Under the pieces are notes generated by a model that did not search any database, had not been told where the DNA came from, and was given only the letters and a program-made list of their open reading frames with translations. From the NCBI GenBank assembly GCA_046861645.1, contig JBHHUM010000011.1:1-45322 (forward strand): a stretch of DNA of 45,322 nt. Reading direction: 5' to 3'. A program made the position numbers and the translations under genes. How positions within the stretch are numbered: position 1 is the stretch's first letter; each line of letters opens with the position of its first letter. This document shows positions 38,587 through 45,322 of the stretch, piece after piece. This DNA comes from Fidelibacterota bacterium (GTDB lineage: Bacteria > Fidelibacterota > Marinisomatia > Marinisomatales > UBA2128).

Positions 38587-39752
38587 TATGACTCTCTCAG
38601 GGGACAAAGGACACAAAGTCCTTCTCGACAGTAGCGGGACTGAAGAGCCAGTAAACCCTGCTGTATTCCAAAGCATTTCAGTGACTGGGGATCTAAATAC
38701 TTTGAAAACTTACGATTCAGTATCCCGTAAGATTGACCGTTCTTCAACTTCCACCACTGCTCCAGAAAATCATTGCCACACCTACTACTCTTTTCCTGCC
38801 AGATGGTTTGCAAGGGATACACCACGTTACCCAACCATTCACAGCACCAGCTCTGACCGGGTAACTTTGAGCCGAACGTCTGGTGAAGATCAGTAATTGT
38901 TAAAGCTTTTGGCTGCAACCAGGGTGACCACCCGTTCAGTAGTTCCGCTGCCAGGGTAGCTCCAAACCTCATCCTGGTTTCAGGTTGGGCAGCAGGTCGG
39001 ATGCCCCCCCGTCTCCAGGTAAAAGTCATCCCGTTCCAGCTGTGGGGTGTTCTCAAACCACTACTCTGCAAAAGATAATTCCATATCTCCTTTTCAACCT
39101 TAAGATCAGTCAATTTTCTTAACGGCAAGCGTTGGCTTAAGCGCAGGAAATTCTTTTCATTCCCCTTTAACCCCAGAGCCCAAAAAGACGCTTCATAAAA
39201 CGCTTGTTGAACTCCTTTATACCGTCTTACCGCTGTCCTCAAAGCATTCACCTTCCCCTGCCACCGAAGGAGTGCTAAAGGCGCCAATTTCGTTATCAAT
39301 TCTTCGGTACCTAGGGTACCAGCTAACCGGCAGGAAGGTAATGGTGTTCTCACTAGCACTTCCGAGGGAACCAGCAATAACGGCACCACCCTCCCCTCAC
39401 AATTTACAGCTGGAGTGGTACTCTTCTTTAAAGCCACATGGAGAATCACCTTGTTATAGTGGCTATCCAGATGATGACCATGATAAGCCCACTCCCGCTC
39501 CTGTCTGTGGAATTCCACATCCCCACGGAGCAGACCCTGAGTAGAGAATAGTTTTGCACCACATACATCCGGACCATCATGTCTGTTCCTTTGGCCAGGA
39601 TCCAGCAGATGGTAAATTTCACCCGATGTTGTTTCCAGGAGGCATCCTGGTTTGAGGTGGTACCACCATTGGATCAGAAGTTCCTCACGCCATATACCTT
39701 TGGCAGGTTCCCGAATGAAATGATGGGAAAAGTTAGAAGGGGAATAGTTCAT
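38586..39752 (-). CDS. DUF2851 family protein
   Basis: PG.RN..DGPD, GDVEFH, W..HGH..D..YNKVILHV, C-terminal YCxxxxCxxCP. Confidence 0.85.
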   Translation of the reverse strand: MNYSPSNFSHHFIREPAKGIWREELLIQWWYHLKPGCLLETTSGEIYHLLDPGQRNRHDGPDVCGAKLFSTQGLLRGDVEFHRQEREWAYHGHHLDSHYNKVILHVALKKSTTPAVNCEGRVVPLLLVPSEVLVRTPLPSCRLAGTLGTEELITKLAPLALLRWQGKVNALRTAVRRYKGVQQAFYEASFWALGLKGNEKNFLRLSQRLPLRKLTDLKVEKEIWNYLLQSSGLRTPHSWNGMTFTWRRGGIRPAAQPETRMRFGATLAAELLNGWSPWLQPKALTITDLHQTFGSKLPGQSWCCEWLGNVVYPLQTIWQEKSSRCGNDFLEQWWKLKNGQSYGILNRKFSKYLDPQSLKCFGIQQGLLALQSRYCREGLCVLCPLRES

Positions 39753-40510
39753 GGTGAAGTTTTCCCGAAAGCTTTTTTCATTTCAGCTTGCCACGCCTTC
39801 CGCATGGAGGCTACCTTCTCTTCCACCAGCTTGGTAAATTTCTGTGAATCTTTTCCTTGCCACTGAACCGTATCGATGGGTTGATCAATCCGTAACTCCA
39901 CTTTACCACTGCGAACAAGAAAGGAGCCCATCTTGTTGATCCGCTGAGTACCACAAATAGCCATGGGTACTACTGGCATACCCATTCTTATCGCCAACCG
40001 CAGCGCTCCGCGCTTGAAAGGAAGCATTTTTTCTGTAATACTTCTCTCTCCTTCAGGGAAAATCAGCACCGAACGGGGAATTTTGCGGAGTGACTCCTCG
40101 GCTTCACGGATACTGACCACAGCTTTCCGAATTCGATAACGATCAATAAATAGATGCTTGGCACATCGCATAGCCCATCCTAAAAACGGGACTTTTTTAA
40201 GTTCAATCTTGGCCAGGGATACTACATGAAATGGCAGCCCGGCAAAACAGAGCGGGATATCATAAGCACTCTCGTGATTGGCTGCAAAAAAGTAGTGTTT
40301 GTCCCGATCCAACTTACTGAGTCCTGAAATCCGGTACCGAACCCCACTGACCTTCAGTATGATCCACGACCATAAACGAATTATTTTCCCCCCGATAAAC
40401 CCTTTACGATCAAAGGGAGACATTATAATTATTATCAAGCCTAAGACTGTCGTCCAAATGAGGTGATTAATCAACACAAAAGCGGTACGGATCATCGGTT
40501 GTAGACTCAA
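39749..40510 (-). CDS. plsC: Lysophospholipid acyltransferase (PlsC-like)
   Basis: NHESAYD (HX4D), FIDR, FPEGER, PFKRG motifs; start TTG 40510 or ATG 40495. Confidence 0.9.
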   Translation of the reverse strand: MSLQPMIRTAFVLINHLIWTTVLGLIIIIMSPFDRKGFIGGKIIRLWSWIILKVSGVRYRISGLSKLDRDKHYFFAANHESAYDIPLCFAGLPFHVVSLAKIELKKVPFLGWAMRCAKHLFIDRYRIRKAVVSIREAEESLRKIPRSVLIFPEGERSITEKMLPFKRGALRLAIRMGMPVVPMAICGTQRINKMGSFLVRSGKVELRIDQPIDTVQWQGKDSQKFTKLVEEKVASMRKAWQAEMKKAFGKTSP

Positions 40511-41773
40511 TTATTTCAAGACAGATGTATGTAGATAAGGTTGCAACGGTTCAGGTAACCAGACAGTACCATCATCCTGTTGATAAGATTCCAGTAAGGC
40601 AATCATTAGACGGGGAGTGGCCAAGGCAGAACCATTCAGGGTATGAACAAACTCAGTTTTCCCGTCTTTCCGGCGATAACGGATATTGGCTCGTCGTGCC
40701 TGGAAGTCCTCATAATTGCTGCAACTGGAAACTTCCAGCCACCGTTTTTCACCCGGAGCCCATACTTCCAGATCGTAACACTTGGCCGCTGCAAAACTCA
40801 AATCCCCAGTGCTAAGGGCCACTACCCGGTAATGTAAACCCAGAGCTTGCAAAATTGATTCAGCGTCTGACGTAAGTGATTCCAATTCCTCATAGGAAGT
40901 GTCCGGCGGTACAAATTTAACCAGTTCTACTTTGTTAAATTGATGAACCCTCAGCAGCCCCCGGGTTTCTCTTCCGTAAGAACCCGCCTCTCTCCTAAAG
41001 CAGGGTGAATACGCAACATAATAAATGGGAAGTGCTTTAGAGGTTAAAATCTCACCCCGGTGGATGTTGGTTACGGGTACTTCAGCCGTGGGGATTAAGA
41101 ACAGATCATCGTGCTCTATAACGTACATATCCTCTTCCAGTTTGGGTAATTGCCCCGTCGTCTCAGCTGCCTTCCGAAGGGTAATAAAAGGAGTCCTCAC
41201 CTCTCTATAACCCCTCTGCAGGTGATGGTCCAACATGAAGTTTATGAGCGCCCTTTCCAGAACCGCCCCCTGCCCGGTATAGAGGGGAAATCCTGATCCA
41301 GATATGACCGCTCCTCTCTCCATATCAAGTAGTTGCAAATCAACTGCAATTTCCAGATGATTACGAGGCTCAAAGTCAAATTCCGGCATTTCACCCCAAG
41401 TTCGGATTAATTCATTAGTTCGCTCATCCTCTCCCACAGGAACTGAAGGGTGTGGAATATTAGGAACCCACAACAGCTTACCATTAAGATCCGACTTCAT
41501 CACAGCTAATTTTTTATCCAATGTTTTAATACGATGGACCAGGATTTGCATCTCTTTAATTAAGTTACTCACATCAACCCCAGTCCGTTTCAGTTGACTG
41601 ATCCTCTCACTGGCCCGGTTCTTTTCTGCCTTCATGGCTTCTACTTCCTGTATGACCTGTCGAACTTTGCGGTCCAGGGTTAGAATATTATCAATATTAA
41701 TTTCTTCACCCTTGTTGGCCACTCCTTGAGCTACCAGTTCAGGACTTTCTCGAATAAGCTGCAGTGGTAACAT
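40511..41773 (-). CDS. serS: Serine--tRNA ligase
   Basis: [35 protein letters not shown] motifs. Confidence 0.98.
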   Translation of the reverse strand: MLPLQLIRESPELVAQGVANKGEEINIDNILTLDRKVRQVIQEVEAMKAEKNRASERISQLKRTGVDVSNLIKEMQILVHRIKTLDKKLAVMKSDLNGKLLWVPNIPHPSVPVGEDERTNELIRTWGEMPEFDFEPRNHLEIAVDLQLLDMERGAVISGSGFPLYTGQGAVLERALINFMLDHHLQRGYREVRTPFITLRKAAETTGQLPKLEEDMYVIEHDDLFLIPTAEVPVTNIHRGEILTSKALPIYYVAYSPCFRREAGSYGRETRGLLRVHQFNKVELVKFVPPDTSYEELESLTSDAESILQALGLHYRVVALSTGDLSFAAAKCYDLEVWAPGEKRWLEVSSCSNYEDFQARRANIRYRRKDGKTEFVHTLNGSALATPRLMIALLESYQQDDGTVWLPEPLQPYLHTSVLK

Positions 41774-41900
41774 TAGTATAAAACGTCTCCTTATGATCTG
41801 TTGATTTCAGCTGGGAAGTTAAACCCTGAGACGAGAAATTGCCATCCTATTTCCCCCTTCAGCTGTTATAAATCACTAAATAAAGATGATAATAATAAAG

Positions 41901-43478
41901 TTACAAACCGATTATCAGCTTTACAATAATATCCACTTTCTGATCAGATACTCGATCGTTGCTATTCTGATCATGATGCTGAATCCAGTCATCATTAGAA
42001 AGGACAAATTCCATCCGCAACCAACTGTTAAGGACCCCAGAGGCTTTGAGTCCCAGCACCTGCCGTCTTTCTACATCCCCTGGGTAGGTCTTGTAAAGAA
42101 ATTTCACTTTTTTATGGTTATACTGGGTAGCTATAGTCTCTTCATTTACTTCTCCACGACGAGCTACCTGATAAAACAATTGCAACCACCAATTCTCTCT
42201 GGGCATGATATCGATGCCAGTAAAGAAGCAGTCTGAATTCGGCCCTGACCAGTAACCCAGCCAGTGACCATGATGATCCCGACTGTTCACCTGACTGCGG
42301 TGTACATAGACATAAGGGGACAGTCGGGTATATTCAAACCTGAACAATGGGAGCCATGTTTTTATAACAGGTAATCTAAGAGTAACCCCCGTTTGCCAAG
42401 CAGTCCAGTTGCGACTGCTATCTGTAAAGGTGTCTACGAAATCCCACTCATCAAAATAGAATGCTCCATAAATCCTGGCGATCTGCTTTACGATCCAGTC
42501 AAAGTCCAGGAACATCTGGAGGTTGTCGGAATCCCCTAAATCATGTTGTGACGACCAGGTAAAAATAAATGGAATTAGATAGGCTGGTTCAACACCCCGA
42601 CTCCCGTAAATAACTGACTCCCCAAATCCTACCCGAAAATTCTGTTTTAACCAGACGTCAAAACGGTGTGCGGCTATATACTTCCTGACCTTTGGCAAAC
42701 CACCGTAAGGACCATAATAAGCAATGTAACTGGAATCATCCAGACCAGAATTCAACCATCCATGAAAAGCCGAGAACTGCCACTGTTCAGAGAAGTTGTG
42801 CTGGAAACTAATATGAGTAAAACTGGGGGCTTTTTTCGAAAAGAGCAATTGTCCGGTATAACCTGGCCCCCAAATGGGATTGGACTTGGCCGTGGTTATA
42901 GTACCTCCCGGGTAGAACAACACAACCCCGCCATCGCCAATGTCGTACTCGGCCCAGGTAAAATCTCGACTTTGAAAAGAGGTCCGACCCGGTTCCTGAC
43001 GGGGACTGAAATCATAACCAAAGGGATAACTGCTTCTTTCTGTTACAACAGAGTGCTTCTCAAACCGAGACCAGAGTAGAATACTATACTTTCCAGTCGG
43101 TGGCAAGTGATAACGAGCTACGATGGTTACGATTGGCGCCAAGTCCAGGACCGTACCACTCCGATTTACATCATCGCCATTCAGGGATCCCTTTCCTTCC
43201 AGAGCAGGAAAAAATTTTAGACGACTCTTCCGCAATCGCTTTTCCCCCCATGCGGTTGAATTGAGTGTACTACCGCCAAACCCGGACTCAGTACGCCAAG
43301 TGTGATCCCAACGGTTGCTTAAATATCCCATGACTTTACCAGAGGTTATGGTCTTTAACTCAGCCAGATAAAGGGTAGGGGCATCCGACCGGATCAAATT
43401 TTGACTCTCAATACTGCTCATTCCACCAAGGAATATCAGCACCAAAATTGGAGTAATGTATTGCAGGATTTTGTGCAT
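41901..43478 (-). CDS. Outer-membrane beta-barrel, capsule-assembly Wzi-like
   Basis: Signal peptide; WGPG..GQLLFS, AHRFD, GESVIYG, DN, LGYWSGPNSD motifs typical of Wzi-like proteins. Confidence 0.7.
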   Translation of the reverse strand: MHKILQYITPILVLIFLGGMSSIESQNLIRSDAPTLYLAELKTITSGKVMGYLSNRWDHTWRTESGFGGSTLNSTAWGEKRLRKSRLKFFPALEGKGSLNGDDVNRSGTVLDLAPIVTIVARYHLPPTGKYSILLWSRFEKHSVVTERSSYPFGYDFSPRQEPGRTSFQSRDFTWAEYDIGDGGVVLFYPGGTITTAKSNPIWGPGYTGQLLFSKKAPSFTHISFQHNFSEQWQFSAFHGWLNSGLDDSSYIAYYGPYGGLPKVRKYIAAHRFDVWLKQNFRVGFGESVIYGSRGVEPAYLIPFIFTWSSQHDLGDSDNLQMFLDFDWIVKQIARIYGAFYFDEWDFVDTFTDSSRNWTAWQTGVTLRLPVIKTWLPLFRFEYTRLSPYVYVHRSQVNSRDHHGHWLGYWSGPNSDCFFTGIDIMPRENWWLQLFYQVARRGEVNEETIATQYNHKKVKFLYKTYPGDVERRQVLGLKASGVLNSWLRMEFVLSNDDWIQHHDQNSNDRVSDQKVDIIVKLIIGL

Positions 43479-43738
43479 CTCTTATTATCACTAAATATAA
43501 GTTAAACAGAAAATATACTGTAAGAAGCGCTTTTCAAATCGATTTCCAATACTTCATACTTAGTGATGATATTTAAATTCTCTATTTATGCTCAAGTACT
43601 CTTTTCACGAGTTCATTAAAATAGTTTATCTTGTGTATTAAATTGAAATTATTCATTCGATAAGATACGTCACAATCTATAATCAATTGTAAGTAATATC
43701 ATCCTCGAAAAGTTTTCGGATCTTTAATAGTGGATTGT

Positions 43739-45145
43739 TTAACGTCCCTTACCAGAGAGCATTACTGCTATGGTGCTAACCATGATTTTCAAATCGAGAG
43801 AGAGTCCGGCATTTTCAATATAAAAGAAATCATATTTCAATTTCTCACGTACATCTTCCAAATCAGAATCGTAAGGGTGCTTGATCTGTGCCCAGCCAGT
43901 AATACCGGGTCTTATCTTATGGCGACGGTAGTAAAAGGGGAATTCTTCACTGAGTTGCTGAACAAAGTAGGGACGTTCCGGCCGGGGACCCACGATACTC
44001 ATCTGACCTAAGATGACATTAACGAACTGGGGCACCTCATCCAGTCGGAAACGGCGCATAAATCGACCTACCTTGGTAATCCTGGGATCATCCACATCAG
44101 CCCAAACGGGTCCTGTATGAGTTTCAGCATCTTTTACCATGGAACGAAATTTATAAGCCACAAACCTCCTACCATTCATACCGACACGCTCTTGCCGATA
44201 AAGAACCCGACCCCGGGAATCCACTTTGATAGCTAATCCCAAAATGAGCCAGAAGGGAAAGAGCGGCACTAGTACGATGAAGGATATAATCAGATCAACC
44301 AGGCGTTTCAAAAGTCGCTGAGGTCTGGTCATGATGTCAGGATTGATGTGAATTAAGGGCAGTCCCGCAATCTGTTCTGTTTTTGCCAGACCACTTACAA
44401 CCTCATACATATCGGGTGATATTTTCAGAGATACTGGGGAACCATTCGCATAAGTTATGATATCTAGTAAGCGATCGTGATTAGGTTTATCAAGAGCAAT
44501 AACCACTTCGCTGATTCTTTGTTCAGCAATGACCTCTTGTATATTGGCTACGGTTGAAAGTACGGGAAGTCCATCAACATGAGACACTTCCACATCAGCA
44601 GATGCCGGTGTGATGAACCCTACCACATGGTAACCAAGATGAACATCTTTTAGTTCTTTAGCCATATGTCGAGCCCGTTCATTGATACCTACCACTAATG
44701 TATTTTTACCACCAATCCCCCTATGGAGGAGAATTTTCTGGGTCTGTCTGACAACAATTCGATTGACGCTGAGAAAGACTGCGAAGGTAATCCAGGAGCG
44801 GAGAACTTCGGCACTCTCCACTATGATGGGGAGCCCTGTAAATTCCTTCATAAGAACAAAAACCAGGGCTAATAATAGCGTCACCTTGAAAACCGTCTGG
44901 ACTTCAACAAACCGGGAAACGGTAGGATCCACCCGGTAACGTCCGTATAGAAATAGCAATAACACCACTGCGCTCTGAACTATAGTAAGAACCAATAGTG
45001 TGTCTTTACTGGTATAACCTGCTGCTAATAAATGAGGGTGAAGGGTCACATAAAAGGCCAGCCAACCGGCCAGGCAATCACCTGCCAGTAAACAGGCAAC
45101 TACGATCCAAAAACGTAAATTCCTTCTGATGTTTGCTCTGATCAT
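43739..45145 (-). CDS. Priming glycosyltransferase (polyprenyl-phosphate hexose-1-phosphate transferase, WcaJ/WbaP family)
   Basis: N-terminal TMs, CoA-binding-like domain, KFRSM, DPRIT, RLDEVPQ, GPRPE, RPGITGWAQ. Confidence 0.95.
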   Translation of the reverse strand: MIRANIRRNLRFWIVVACLLAGDCLAGWLAFYVTLHPHLLAAGYTSKDTLLVLTIVQSAVVLLLFLYGRYRVDPTVSRFVEVQTVFKVTLLLALVFVLMKEFTGLPIIVESAEVLRSWITFAVFLSVNRIVVRQTQKILLHRGIGGKNTLVVGINERARHMAKELKDVHLGYHVVGFITPASADVEVSHVDGLPVLSTVANIQEVIAEQRISEVVIALDKPNHDRLLDIITYANGSPVSLKISPDMYEVVSGLAKTEQIAGLPLIHINPDIMTRPQRLLKRLVDLIISFIVLVPLFPFWLILGLAIKVDSRGRVLYRQERVGMNGRRFVAYKFRSMVKDAETHTGPVWADVDDPRITKVGRFMRRFRLDEVPQFVNVILGQMSIVGPRPERPYFVQQLSEEFPFYYRRHKIRPGITGWAQIKHPYDSDLEDVREKLKYDFFYIENAGLSLDLKIMVSTIAVMLSGKGR

Positions 45146-45184
45146 GATTTGGATTTAACTATAACAGATACTACTAAAGAACAG

Positions 45185-45216
45185 AAAAAAACCGCATGCG
45201 CTGTATCACATCCGGT
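45185..45216 (-). terminator. Putative intrinsic terminator
   Basis: Minus strand ACCGGATGTG-ATACAG-CGCATGCGGT (one mismatch) running into a 7-U tract. Confidence 0.55.
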
Positions 45217-45322
45217 ACTTTGTTTAATAATACTTTTCGTCATCTAAGGCTCCGTTCTTGACTCCTAAGGGAATCTATGTTGAGACAAAACCTTTAGCGT
45301 TTGACGATAAGCAGTCCTCCTT

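Noticed and set aside
1802..44939. Numerous 60-200 aa ORFs antisense to or overlapping the assigned genes
   Set aside because: Shadow ORFs of well-supported genes without independent evidence.
45265..45322. Possible 3' end of an upstream minus-strand gene (..RRTAYRQTLKVLSQHRFP*)
   Set aside because: Too short at the window edge to establish frame or identity.

Overview
Bacterial chromosomal window, probably FCB superphylum (Marinimicrobia/Fidelibacterota-like; inferred from gene content, not verified). Positions 1.5-26.5 kb hold two tandem, co-oriented (minus strand) respiratory complex I clusters. Cluster 1 (nuoA-C-D-H-I-J-K-L-M-N) lacks nuoEFG and also nuoB, and its NuoL has a 28-aa tandem duplication in the lateral amphipathic helix. 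Cluster 2 is a full nuoA-N set, with a decayed four-helix-bundle gene between nuoI and nuoJ and an ion-transporter (putative Na+/H+ antiporter) gene between nuoM and nuoN. Downstream lies asnB, which runs off the left edge and is missing from the ORF track. It is preceded by an unannotated 29-aa Asn-rich leader peptide (MIVYTENLNNNNNANPKDPSDNLGVGEPV) with mutually exclusive antiterminator/terminator hairpins, i.e. a candidate asparagine-sensing transcription attenuator. The right half has proline dehydrogenase, a CoA-binding protein, a GNAT pseudogene fused to an NmrA-like gene, two AT-rich lipoprotein genes, and a minus-strand housekeeping run: sugar transferase, Wzi-like protein, serS, plsC-like, DUF2851, rfaE2, MltD-like, HU, an unannotated 30-aa bS22-like protein, S1/P1-like nuclease, xseA, xseB, nadK. 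No rRNA, tRNA, CRISPR array or intact transposase was seen.
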